From: a virus
Taxonomy: Duplodnaviria; Caudoviricetes
DNA length: 58,443 bases
Reading direction: 5' to 3' (one strand)
Virus record (IMG/VR): IMGVR_UViG_3300031758_000088
Span: 1-58,443 of that record
The notes beneath the pieces are model-generated. The model did not search any database and was not told the DNA's origin. It saw only the letters and a list, made by a program, of their open reading frames with translations. A program made the position numbers and the translations under genes. Positions 28,575 to 37,087 of the stretch are shown in pieces (position 1 is the stretch's first letter; each line of letters begins with the position of its first letter).

Positions 28575-29269
28575 CAGTACCCCCCGATGAACATTCGACG
28601 AGGCACGAAGCGTGCGGCAGCCTTCTCTCGGTCTTCTGTAGAGGCAAGCTCCCAAGCCTCGTCGTACTGCTGCTTGAGGATCGGCAATCTGTCCATGGAG
28701 TTTGGCAGCTTCAGCGCCAAGTGATAAGCCAATCCAGCCGTCATAGCTTCGTAGAAGCGGAATGGCATGTCCATGGTGTTTACACCTGTGCCTGCGTCTT
28801 GAATTCGACGAAGACGCCAGTACACGAAGGTGTAAGGCTGTGTGTCGTCCGGGACGGGCCACACAGTGATTCTTGGTGTGTCCAAGCGCTCGATCCAAAC
28901 TTGGATTGGGCGAGCTTGGGTCAACTTGTTGGGGATTGTGGCGTAGGTTGAGACACTGATCCGGGTAATGGTCAGGTCCGCCTGAGTGGACACACTTCCC
29001 GCGCCAGTGCGGATGACGTGCTCCAAAAGGTCTACCGTGTCAGCCGGAAGGTTATAGGTTGCAGTTCCAGCCACGAGAGGGATTGAGCCCTGCTCGTAGG
29101 TGAACATGTTTAAACCCTTGTTGGCCCACTGGGAGAACATCAGGTTCAAAGATCGACTGGCCGTGCGCAAGTCATAACCGGTACGCAACTCACCTCCGGC
29201 GCGTTCAAACGCTTCCTCTACGATTTCCGTGAGGTCCATGTTGAAAGCTGTGGTGCCGGAAGTGGTCAT
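28574..29269 (-). CDS. Head completion/adaptor protein (tail tubular A-like)
   Basis: IVEEAFER.G..A.RSLNLM..W.N.G..YNLP..WPVPD. Confidence 0.75.
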   Translation of the reverse strand: MTTSGTTAFNMDLTEIVEEAFERAGGELRTGYDLRTASRSLNLMFSQWANKGLNMFTYEQGSIPLVAGTATYNLPADTVDLLEHVIRTGAGSVSTQADLTITRISVSTYATIPNKLTQARPIQVWIERLDTPRITVWPVPDDTQPYTFVYWRLRRIQDAGTGVNTMDMPFRFYEAMTAGLAYHLALKLPNSMDRLPILKQQYDEAWELASTEDREKAAARFVPRRMFIGGY

Positions 29270-29272
29270 GGT

Positions 29273-29518
29273 TTACTTTGCTGTTTTGGCTGATTGGCGG
29301 AACGCTTGCGCAGTTGGAGCGCCAGCAGAACCGGGCTTGCGCATTTTCTCACCAGAACCAGCGGCAATGCGCTTTTTCTTGGCGTGAATGTTGGCGTACA
29401 AACCTACCGGCCCACCTTCAGCGTACTGCGTGAAGTCGGTGTCATCCCGGCGAGCTTTACGCTTGCCTTTGGGCATCTTGGAGGGGGCAATGGCCCCCAT
29501 TCCGCGACTGGCTAACAT
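29273..29518 (-). CDS. Small basic protein
   Basis: YAEGG; GLYANIHAKKKRI..GEKMRKPG. Confidence 0.65.
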   Translation of the reverse strand: MLASRGMGAIAPSKMPKGKRKARRDDTDFTQYAEGGPVGLYANIHAKKKRIAAGSGEKMRKPGSAGAPTAQAFRQSAKTAK

Positions 29519-29519
29519 G

Positions 29520-29747
29520 TCAGCACATCCCGCCACCGGCCATTTTGATCATCTTGCCCTTGGTGTGGGCTTTGGTGATGCAACCGTCGGCGCGAGTAAC
29601 ACTGCCACCCTTGGCATACTTCTTTGGCTTTTTGGGCTTGGGGGCGGAGCCACCATCGATGTCCTGTGGAGGAGGGAGGCCGGAGTCTTCTGTGTAAACA
29701 CCATCTTCAAGTCCACGAGGTTTTCTCTTCATCATCATGTCGTTCAT
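29520..29747 (-). CDS. Small basic protein
   Basis: YAKGGSVTRADG..TKG..MAGGG. Confidence 0.65.
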   Translation of the reverse strand: MNDMMMKRKPRGLEDGVYTEDSGLPPPQDIDGGSAPKPKKPKKYAKGGSVTRADGCITKAHTKGKMIKMAGGGMC

Positions 29748-29756
29748 GTCAGCTCC

Positions 29757-30830
29757 TTAGCAAATTTTGCAACGTGTTTTACCGCGAGTGGCGATGCCAT
29801 CTGCGCGTTTTGAGGCTGGTGATGTTGATCCACCAGAAGACATCTTCATTGACTTGACCTTGCCGCCCTTCTTGAAGGCAAAGTCCTTACCGCCCAGCTC
29901 TTTGCGGACAGCACCGGATGCGGCTTCGTAGCCGGGAGCTTTGGGGTCAAGGCCATAGTTCTTGGCGTTCTCGTCCAACATCTCGTCACGGCGCTTGGAA
30001 GCACGGTCTGCGCGTCGCTTTGCAATCGCTCCAGCCTTGTCATAGGCAAGGCGTTTGGTTGGCGATGGAAGAGCTTTCTGGGCTGGCCCCGGCAACGCTG
30101 GTTGGTCGTAGGTTTTAAGCTTGGAAGTCTTGCCTGCCGCAAGCTTTTTGGCGGCAGCAGACAAAGTTTTCAGGCCAGCACCCGGCAACATTGCATTCTC
30201 CAGACCTTTTTGGGTCTGCTCTTCGGTTGGCTTGATGGAGTCGATCTCTCGCTCAAGCTGCTGCTTCTTGCTCATTTCCTTGCCGCGACCCTCATTCGAG
30301 TAGTTCGGGTTGGAGGCTGGAGCAACTCTGGGTGAGGATGCGCGATCTTCGGCAGATGCGCCACCTGTGCGGCGGTAGCTTTGCTCTTGCATGGCAGGAG
30401 CTTTTGAGGCGGCAGGTTTTGTTGGTGCAGCCACGCTAACAGACGGTTTGCCGCCCGGTCTTGGTTGCTGAGCAACAACTGGCTTGGTGCGGGGGCCTTG
30501 ATACATCTCGGCAACGCTTGCATCACCTGACGACTGGCGTTTGCCAGCCTCGGCTCCTGCCGCCAACATGCTGGACATATCTTCGGATACTGGCTTTGCG
30601 GACTCTCGGATTACGGGAGTTGGAGTGCGATCCTCTACTGGAGCCGGAGACTGTACAGACTTGCCACGGCCAGCGCCAAAACGACGATACGCTTCAGAGC
30701 CCTCGTCATCGATGTTGCCCATGCGTAGGCGCTCAAAGAAGCCAACCTTGTCATCTTTCGAGGCCTCCAGACCGCGTTCTTTGTCAGACATTCCGCCCTC
30801 TTGAAAGCGTTTGATCTTCTTTGTCGCCAT
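29757..30830 (-). CDS. Low-complexity basic protein
   Basis: 357 aa; FQEGG, FKKGG, MSSGG; C-terminal RADGIATRGKT. Confidence 0.7.
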   Translation of the reverse strand: MATKKIKRFQEGGMSDKERGLEASKDDKVGFFERLRMGNIDDEGSEAYRRFGAGRGKSVQSPAPVEDRTPTPVIRESAKPVSEDMSSMLAAGAEAGKRQSSGDASVAEMYQGPRTKPVVAQQPRPGGKPSVSVAAPTKPAASKAPAMQEQSYRRTGGASAEDRASSPRVAPASNPNYSNEGRGKEMSKKQQLEREIDSIKPTEEQTQKGLENAMLPGAGLKTLSAAAKKLAAGKTSKLKTYDQPALPGPAQKALPSPTKRLAYDKAGAIAKRRADRASKRRDEMLDENAKNYGLDPKAPGYEAASGAVRKELGGKDFAFKKGGKVKSMKMSSGGSTSPASKRADGIATRGKTRCKIC

Positions 30831-30840
30831 GATTCACTCC

Positions 30841-31299
30841 TTAGCAGGCTTTGCCACCACGGGCCATCTTGACCATGGTGCCTTTGGTTTTGCCTTTGGA
30901 GGCAATACCGTTCATGCTGGGGGCTGCGGTTTTGACTGCGCCCATCTTGGTAGTGCCCACCGAGCCACCGGCCTTCAGGCCTTTGTGAGCCTTGGAAGCT
31001 GGCATTGAGGCATGCTTAGCCAGAGACATACCGCCTTTGGCGAAGGGCTTGCCCTTGGCCTCGGCCATCTCATGCTTAACCATGGACTTGGGAGCACCGG
31101 CCTTCTTCATAAAACCAATCTCTTTCTTCACCATTGCTTTGGACTCTTTCATATCGCCACCTTTTGAAAATTTGCGGCCCTTGTCCGCGTTGGAGAACTC
31201 TTTGCCCACGGACTGTGGGACACCTGTTTTCTTGGCAAAGGCTGGATTATTCGCCACTGCCGCCATGAAATTATGCTGCTTCTTGCTAGTTGAGGGCAC
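30841..31299 (-). CDS. Small K/M-rich basic protein
   Basis: MPSTSKKQHNFM; four xxxGG motifs; GIASKGKTKG. Confidence 0.7.
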   Translation of the reverse strand: MPSTSKKQHNFMAAVANNPAFAKKTGVPQSVGKEFSNADKGRKFSKGGDMKESKAMVKKEIGFMKKAGAPKSMVKHEMAEAKGKPFAKGGMSLAKHASMPASKAHKGLKAGGSVGTTKMGAVKTAAPSMNGIASKGKTKGTMVKMARGGKAC

Positions 31300-31534
31300 T
31301 GCGCTGCTCCTTCATGAATTCATCAAGTTTCGCATCCAGTCGGTCAAGCCGCTGAATCACTCGGTTCATGTCATTGTGCATGTCCATCTTCGCAACAAAC
31401 TTCTCGGCATTCTCTTCTCGAGTCTTGCTCAGCAAGATAGAAAGACGCTTGACCTCGTCATGCGAGACCTTCACCCAAAGCAGCAACGCCGCAGAGGCAA
31501 ACGACAGTACGGTATTCCAAACTGGCAAGTCCAT
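31286..31534 (-). CDS. TM plus coiled-coil small protein
   Basis: N-terminal hydrophobic helix; RLDRLDAKLD. Confidence 0.65.
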   Translation of the reverse strand: MDLPVWNTVLSFASAALLLWVKVSHDEVKRLSILLSKTREENAEKFVAKMDMHNDMNRVIQRLDRLDAKLDEFMKEQRSALN

Positions 31535-31535
31535 G

Positions 31536-31805
31536 TCAGCACTTCCATCTCTTCAAAGCCGCAGCTTTGCGGGTAGGTTGACCTTTTTCGTCCTTCATTG
31601 GACCGGGCATGCCCGACATCCGTGCGCAGAAAGAATCCTTGCGAGGGCCGCCCTGAGGCTGTGGGGCCTTGAGGTTGCTGCCTGTCGCTGCGTTGTACTT
31701 TGCGCGGCCTTTGGCAGTCAGCCCTGCACCTTTGGAGACAGGCAGCTTCTCGCCGCGCCCCACCGCCAAGGATGGGCCTTTCTTCTTTGGTGCTGCTTTA
31801 GCCAT
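31536..31805 (-). CDS. Small basic phage protein
   Basis: GLTAKGRAKYN..GSNLKAP..RKDSFCARM..LKRWKC. Confidence 0.7.
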   Translation of the reverse strand: MAKAAPKKKGPSLAVGRGEKLPVSKGAGLTAKGRAKYNAATGSNLKAPQPQGGPRKDSFCARMSGMPGPMKDEKGQPTRKAAALKRWKC

Positions 31806-32547
31806 TTGCCACCTTCAGCTTTGGGGTGCAGTACTGCTCGATCAAAGGCATCAGCACAGACTCTTTGAAGCTGCGGTGATACTCCTGAGAGCCGACGTGC
31901 GGCAGGGTGATTTCTGGATCAATGAAGACCGTGAACCCATCTGCGCGAGCACGCTTGCAGAAGGTGTAGTCCTCGCCAATGTACTGGCCGTTCGACAACT
32001 CAAAGTCAAACAAGCAAAACTCGTCACGGTTGTAGACGTCGTTGAAATACTTCCACTCAGGGTGGTTCTGGATCATCTTCTCGATTACATGGCGCTGGAT
32101 CATCATGAAGCCAGTTGCCACATTCTCAACGCGCAGCATCCCGTGAGCATCAAACTCAAGGGTGTTGTTCTGGTCGATGTAGATGTCCAAGAAGAACTTG
32201 CGGTCCTCTGCCCTGCGCGTGTACATGCCAGCAGTGATGTCCTTGCCGGTGCTCAGCGCCAGTAGGCGCAAGACAGACTCAGCGTCCACCACGATGTCGG
32301 CATCCACAAACAGCATGTCCGTGCAATCCGACTCAAGGAAGTTTGCTACCAAGATGTTCCGGGCCTTGGTGATAAGAGAGCAGCCCGACAGGTGCGATAG
32401 CTGAACCTGAACGCCAAACTTCGATGCCTTGACCACGAGATCGGCCAAAGCAAAGGAGGTCTTGATGTTCAGTTTGCCATCATACGCAGGGATCGCAATC
32501 ATCAGTTTGCGACCTGCAATGTCCATCGGGCGTGCTTCTTCAGGCAT
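31798..32547 (-). CDS. GT-A fold glycosyltransferase
   Basis: IAIP, ARN, FVDAD (DxD), TGFM, GEDY.FC, L.HVG. Confidence 0.85.
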   Translation of the reverse strand: MPEEARPMDIAGRKLMIAIPAYDGKLNIKTSFALADLVVKASKFGVQVQLSHLSGCSLITKARNILVANFLESDCTDMLFVDADIVVDAESVLRLLALSTGKDITAGMYTRRAEDRKFFLDIYIDQNNTLEFDAHGMLRVENVATGFMMIQRHVIEKMIQNHPEWKYFNDVYNRDEFCLFDFELSNGQYIGEDYTFCKRARADGFTVFIDPEITLPHVGSQEYHRSFKESVLMPLIEQYCTPKLKVANG

Positions 32548-32824
32548 AAAACACCGTCACTTTTGCGTTTGACAGAGTGGCGTAGGCACTGGTCAAGCAC
32601 AGCACACCTTCAGCCGGGATCAAGACATTGAATGTCTCGCCGTTGGCAGTTGTGTTGATGGTGAACAGTGTTGTGCCGCCAGAGCCGCCGTCTTTGAGGA
32701 TGACGCTTCCAGCAGATGCGCCGGGCTCGATCACCATACCGCGCACGCGCACGCGAGCGTCAGTGACAGCCCCGGAGGCTGCCAACGAAATAGCTTTTAC
32801 GTCGGTTTGCATTCCCATAATCAA
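32540..32824 (-). CDS. Small beta-rich virion protein
   Basis: 94 aa in head gene block. Confidence 0.65.
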   Translation of the reverse strand: MIMGMQTDVKAISLAASGAVTDARVRVRGMVIEPGASAGSVILKDGGSGGTTLFTINTTANGETFNVLIPAEGVLCLTSAYATLSNAKVTVFYA

Positions 32825-32836
32825 TCTCCTGTAAAG

Positions 32837-32854
32837 CGGGGGCCTAAGCCCCCG
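32837..32854 (-). terminator. Hairpin, weak intrinsic terminator
   Basis: CGGGGGC-TTAG-GCCCCCG followed by CTTT on minus strand. Confidence 0.45.
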
Positions 32855-32861
32855 AGATCAA

Positions 32862-33395
32862 TTAAGCGTCAGCAAAGGGAGTGGCAACAGTGCCGGAGCC
32901 CAGCAAAACGCCAGTGACCATGTACTTGTTGGCAGCCACGACAGTTACAGTGATGGTCGAGCCAGCAGCGCCACCAGTGGTGGTTCCATCCAAGTTGATC
33001 ACATCGTTGGAAGCGGCAGGTGCGTAGCCAGTTGTAGCGCCCGAGGCGTCGGTGGCAACCATCAGCAAGGAGCCAACAAACTTGTCAGTGCCGTCTGTCT
33101 TGATAGCCACAGCAGTGGCTGCGGTCTCGATGACGAATGTGTAGCTGGTGCCCACGTTGTTCAGGGTGTCGGGGTCTTGGCCGGGGCCAGATGTCACGGG
33201 GTTTGCCGAAGCATTGATGGCTGGCAGGGTGATGACCAAAGTCGCATCGTTGGTGCGAATGGTCTTGCCAGCGTAGTTGGCGACGTTCAAGGTGACGGTG
33301 TTGGTGCCGTTTGCCAAGTTGACAACGGAAGCGGGACCTTGAGTGTAAAAGCCAGCCAACGAGCGAACTGGGCCTTGAAAAGTGCTTTGAGCCAT
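32862..33395 (-). CDS. Capsid decoration/head fibre-like protein
   Basis: MAQSTFQGPVRS, T/A/G-rich, ends TPFAD; follows capsid gene. Confidence 0.65.
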   Translation of the reverse strand: MAQSTFQGPVRSLAGFYTQGPASVVNLANGTNTVTLNVANYAGKTIRTNDATLVITLPAINASANPVTSGPGQDPDTLNNVGTSYTFVIETAATAVAIKTDGTDKFVGSLLMVATDASGATTGYAPAASNDVINLDGTTTGGAAGSTITVTVVAANKYMVTGVLLGSGTVATPFADA

Positions 33396-33399
33396 GATT

Positions 33400-33478
33400 T
33401 TTTCCTCATGCGGTTAAGGCGTATCTGTCTGCATGACGTCGGCCCGGAGCCGTCAGATACACCGGAAAGTCCGGGGGT
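33400..33478 (-). ncRNA. Candidate structured 5' leader with pseudoknot next to the SD
   Basis: GTATCTG/CAGATAC stem, inner GGC/GCC hairpin, CATGC complementary to GCATG overlapping GAGG. Confidence 0.45.
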
Positions 33479-33484
33479 GGGTGC

Positions 33485-33513
33485 AATATATCACTGCGTT
33501 TAAACCAACGCAA
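33485..33513 (-). promoter_or_regulatory. Sigma70 promoter TTGCGT-17-TATATT with GTTTAAAC in spacer
   Basis: Hexamers at 33513-33508 and 33490-33485; TG extension. Confidence 0.65.
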
Positions 33514-33514
33514 T

Positions 33515-33545
33515 AAAAAAGGGGGCCGAAGCCCCCTCTTTTTTT
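33515..33545. terminator. Intrinsic terminator after major capsid gene (bidirectional)
   Basis: A6-GGGGGC-CGAA-GCCCCC-TCT7; UUCG loop on minus strand. Confidence 0.9.
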
Positions 33546-33552
33546 CCGACCA

Positions 33553-34461
33553 TCAGGCTCCGGGCGAACCGAAGATACCCAAAGGATCAGACACGCCGAA
33601 GCTATAACGCTCACGGGCTTTGTAGCGGACGTTGCCGGTGTCGAAGTCGCCGTCCATGCTGTTTTGCAGCGGGGTGCGGACGAAGTGCTTCAGACCGTTT
33701 GGCACATCAGTCAACAGGAACCAAGCGTTGGTGTCAGTCAAGAAGTTGTTGACTGTGTAACCACCGGGGATGGAGCCGTTGTTCTTGATGGCGTTGATGT
33801 CGTTGTCAGCAGTGCCAACACGCAGTTCAGTTTCCAGCAAGCGGGTTGCAACGAATTGCAGGCTTGGAGGAATGACCAGCTTCTTGGGCTTTGCTGCGAT
33901 CAACAGGCCACGTTCGTCTGTCCAAGCAGCGATCTGAATGACGGCGTTTTCCAACGAAGTCTCGTTCAGGTCGGCAGCAGTGGCTGGACGGTTGCTGTTG
34001 ACGCCACCGGACACCAGAGGGTGAGCTGTGGAGCACAGGGTAACGCCGTCACCGTAAGTCACGCCAGCGGTGAACGCATTGTTCAACACGTAGGCACCTT
34101 TGACTTGCTTGGTGTAAGCCATACCACGGGCCAAAGCCTTGGTGTAGCGGCTGGAGAGGCTGTCGTACAAGTTATCTTCCACTGCTTCCTCAGTGATGGA
34201 GAAGCCCATCGCGATTGTTTCGTGGTTGTAACGTGCAGTCCAAGCTTCCTGCGCATTGTCATAAGCAATGGCAGAACCTTCGTTCTTCACCGGAGCGGCG
34301 GAGAAGCCAGACAGCTTGGTTTCCTCTTCAAAGCTACGCTCCGAGGTTTCGGTTTCGTAGATTTCCTTGTGCTGCTCGCCATACTTGGCGTACTCAAGGC
34401 CGAACAAAGCGTTCAGACCGGGCAGCAATTCCTTGAGCAGTTGTGCGCGTGAAATAGCCAT
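33553..34461 (-). CDS. Major capsid protein
   Basis: MAISRAQLLKELLPGLNALFG, KNEG.AI.YD, DFDTGNVRYKARERYSFG; strong codon bias; terminator after. Confidence 0.9.
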   Translation of the reverse strand: MAISRAQLLKELLPGLNALFGLEYAKYGEQHKEIYETETSERSFEEETKLSGFSAAPVKNEGSAIAYDNAQEAWTARYNHETIAMGFSITEEAVEDNLYDSLSSRYTKALARGMAYTKQVKGAYVLNNAFTAGVTYGDGVTLCSTAHPLVSGGVNSNRPATAADLNETSLENAVIQIAAWTDERGLLIAAKPKKLVIPPSLQFVATRLLETELRVGTADNDINAIKNNGSIPGGYTVNNFLTDTNAWFLLTDVPNGLKHFVRTPLQNSMDGDFDTGNVRYKARERYSFGVSDPLGIFGSPGA

Positions 34462-34471
34462 GATTTACTCC

Positions 34472-35068
34472 TTAAACACCAGTGGTGTCGTTGTACTGGT
34501 GTGTGTTGATTTTCACTAACAGCTCGGTGTAAGTGTCAGCAGCGGTGGCTGTTTCTGGCACAACGTCGATCACACGGATTGGGATGGTGGCTGTAGTGCC
34601 AGCGCCAGTCAAAGTGACAGCGAAGGCAGAGTTGCCGGTGGAGGTGTTACCAGCGTTCAAGACGAGCGCCAAGTTAGAACCAACAACGGTACGACCAGCA
34701 GTACCCATGGTAGTGCCCGAAGTCACAACAGCGACTTTGAACAGAGCCATTGGATCATCCACAACGTAGGCGTAGGCCAAGTTGCTGGCGGTCGATTGAC
34801 CTGCGGGGATGTACTGAGCTTGAACGGTTTGGCCGCTCGAGTTCACGTACTGACCACCAACGCACACGCCAACGATGTCGCCGGAGTTGGTTGTGGTGGA
34901 CTTGACGAGATAACCATCGCTGTTGATGACCACGGTATCGCCATCAAAAATGGCGGTGCCGAAGCCAGCAGCTACGGGAATCTGACGGAATGCACCTGCG
35001 TATGGCATGCCATCAATACGATTGATGGGCTGAAGGCCATAGGGTGCCGAAACGGTGGGGTAAGCCAT
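34472..35068 (-). CDS. Head decoration/cement protein
   Basis: APYGL.P..IFDGD.V..V.DDP; upstream of capsid gene. Confidence 0.7.
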   Translation of the reverse strand: MAYPTVSAPYGLQPINRIDGMPYAGAFRQIPVAAGFGTAIFDGDTVVINSDGYLVKSTTTNSGDIVGVCVGGQYVNSSGQTVQAQYIPAGQSTASNLAYAYVVDDPMALFKVAVVTSGTTMGTAGRTVVGSNLALVLNAGNTSTGNSAFAVTLTGAGTTATIPIRVIDVVPETATAADTYTELLVKINTHQYNDTTGV

Positions 35069-35086
35069 GTTTGGACTCCAAAAAAG

Positions 35087-35548
35087 TTAAATACCTTTAC
35101 CGAAAGTAACCTTCGACGACCGCTCTTTGAAGAGAGGCATACGAGGATCGCTTTCACGCATGTAACTGCTATCCACTGATTGCATTTGCTGTTCGGACTG
35201 CTGTCCATAGTAGGCATTACGCTGATCAATGAACTCAGTAGGTGTTTTGCAAAGAAGTAGACCGCCAACCAAGACCGCATCTGGGAAGCGAGCATCCGGA
35301 GTGCTGCCAAACAGACGGATTTCAGGGTGGTCAGACGCCTTTACGGGTTCCCAGCCTTCGCGGAGTTTTGACGAAACGTTCAAGGGATCAGCGGCGTTCA
35401 AGGTGCTGACACGAATCCAGCGGTAAGCATATCCGGCCTCAGGTGTGGGGTCGGGTAGGAGCTGTGGCGGCATCCACTTCGCAGGGCGGGTAGATGTTGC
35501 ACGAGTGTCAAGTTCACGCTTTTCACGATTTTGTTCAGCCATTTTCAT
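35087..35548 (-). CDS. Conserved head-module protein
   Basis: YRWIR..D..N...KLREGWEPV..GGLLLCK. Confidence 0.7.
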   Translation of the reverse strand: MKMAEQNREKRELDTRATSTRPAKWMPPQLLPDPTPEAGYAYRWIRVSTLNAADPLNVSSKLREGWEPVKASDHPEIRLFGSTPDARFPDAVLVGGLLLCKTPTEFIDQRNAYYGQQSEQQMQSVDSSYMRESDPRMPLFKERSSKVTFGKGI

Positions 35549-36492
35549 TTCCTCATTTCTTCCGCAACCTTACGAGCATAGAGTTCCAAAGGAACACCCA
35601 GCCGCTTGGCGATTTCGACCTGCGATTTGGTAAGTACGACCTTTCGGGGAGCAGTACTACGCGTTGCCGGTGCGACAACATTCGATCTTTTCGGAGAAGA
35701 AGGAGCATCCTCCGGCTTATCAGACTCGAATACATCTGAAAATCTGTTCCTCATTTCTGCGTCGATTTCTTTGTAGTAATCGTCGCTTCCTGAGGTGTAG
35801 CCTTTTGCTACCAGCTCATCATGAAGACCTAGAGCATAGGCCGTCATTTTTTTATTGGGTCCAAACCACGTATTTTTCTCTGTCCAAGTACGTGTTTTTT
35901 CGTCCAATTGAGGAGCTGGCTGCGATTTGGGCAGTTGTAACTCAGTTTTTTCTTCCTGTAAAGGGGCAGGCCGAAAATTGTTTACACGCTCGGCCTTCAT
36001 CTTCACCATCGTCATCTCTTCTTGAGCTGCCGTCAGTGCGTCTGCGTCGCCGCTTTCGTATGCCTCTTTGAACTTGCGTTTGGCTTGTTCCATTTCATTG
36101 GCAACAACCTTCTTCGCTTGCTCGAGAAGAGCGCTTTGGCCTTGATGCAGGCTGCCTTTGAGTTTTTTGTTCTCTTCGACAATCTGCTGGGCCACCTTAA
36201 TGGCTTCTTCCTTCTCTCGGAGTGCGGCTTCTTTGGCTCTGCGCTCGTCGTGATAACCCCTGCCCAAGTGGGCCAAACGAGTTTTAAGGCGCTGGTCGGT
36301 GTACTTCTCCAGCTCCTCGTCGGTTACCTCTTTGGGAGGGTCTTGAGGTTTGCGGCCACGATCCTCTTCGGGAGTGTCGTCAACAATCTCGATGTCCGTG
36401 TCTTCAGTCTCTACAACCTTGCCGCCTTCGCGAGGGTTCTTGCTTTCCGCCTCGTCCGGAAACTCAAACTCGGTTTTTTCAAACTCTGCCAT
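35545..36492 (-). CDS. Scaffolding protein
   Basis: Acidic N-terminus, coiled coil, WF motif, C-terminal LT.SQ..IAKRLGV..E.YA. Confidence 0.75.
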   Translation of the reverse strand: MAEFEKTEFEFPDEAESKNPREGGKVVETEDTDIEIVDDTPEEDRGRKPQDPPKEVTDEELEKYTDQRLKTRLAHLGRGYHDERRAKEAALREKEEAIKVAQQIVEENKKLKGSLHQGQSALLEQAKKVVANEMEQAKRKFKEAYESGDADALTAAQEEMTMVKMKAERVNNFRPAPLQEEKTELQLPKSQPAPQLDEKTRTWTEKNTWFGPNKKMTAYALGLHDELVAKGYTSGSDDYYKEIDAEMRNRFSDVFESDKPEDAPSSPKRSNVVAPATRSTAPRKVVLTKSQVEIAKRLGVPLELYARKVAEEMRK

Positions 36493-36501
36493 GATTGCTC
36501 C

Positions 36502-36900
36502 TTATGGGCGTTGAATGCCGCGTGGGTCTTCCACCACGGCCTCAACTGAGTCATCGTTGATGAGTCGCCACTCAGTGCCGTGGATTTTCATCCGGGTGCC
36601 ACTGTTGGGTCGTACCAGAACAAAGTCACCAACCTTGCAACTTGGCCCGCTTGGGAAGCGTTTCTCGTCTTTAAATGCATCCGGTCCAATCTTGGCAACG
36701 AAGAGTACGGGCGACAGCAGTTCTTCAAACTGCATCGTCTGACTGGATTTGAGCAATCCACCCTCGTATTCTTCTTTCGCCTCTGGAAGCATGCACAGGA
36801 GGTGATAAGTCGCTGGATCGGGAATCTGTTTGGCTTTGTCTGCAACCGGCTGGTTGAGAATGCCAGACAGGTCCACGGCCTGCACGTTAAAGTCAGTCAT
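36502..36900 (-). CDS. GroES/Cpn10-like co-chaperonin
   Basis: P..Y.LL..GGL..V..GPDA..CKVGDFV...G......INDDSVEAVV. Confidence 0.8.
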   Translation of the reverse strand: MTDFNVQAVDLSGILNQPVADKAKQIPDPATYHLLCMLPEAKEEYEGGLLKSSQTMQFEELLSPVLFVAKIGPDAFKDEKRFPSGPSCKVGDFVLVRPNSGTRMKIHGTEWRLINDDSVEAVVEDPRGIQRP

Positions 36901-37087
36901 CGTTTACCTTTATTTTTCGGACGAGGTCTTCAATTTCAAACTGCGCGGTCTGAAGACCCCGAATAAAACCACACAGTTCTTTGTAGTGATCGAAGGACTT
37001 GCACCCTCCGTCACCCACAACTCTTGCAATCTCCACCTCACGCTCTCTCAGCTTTTTGCTGATGTGCTCAAGTATTTGGTGGTCCAT
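36893..37087 (-). CDS. Small conserved post-portal protein
   Basis: G...F..Y...CG.IRGL; overlaps neighbours. Confidence 0.7.
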   Translation of the reverse strand: MDHQILEHISKKLREREVEIARVVGDGGCKSFDHYKELCGFIRGLQTAQFEIEDLVRKIKVNDD

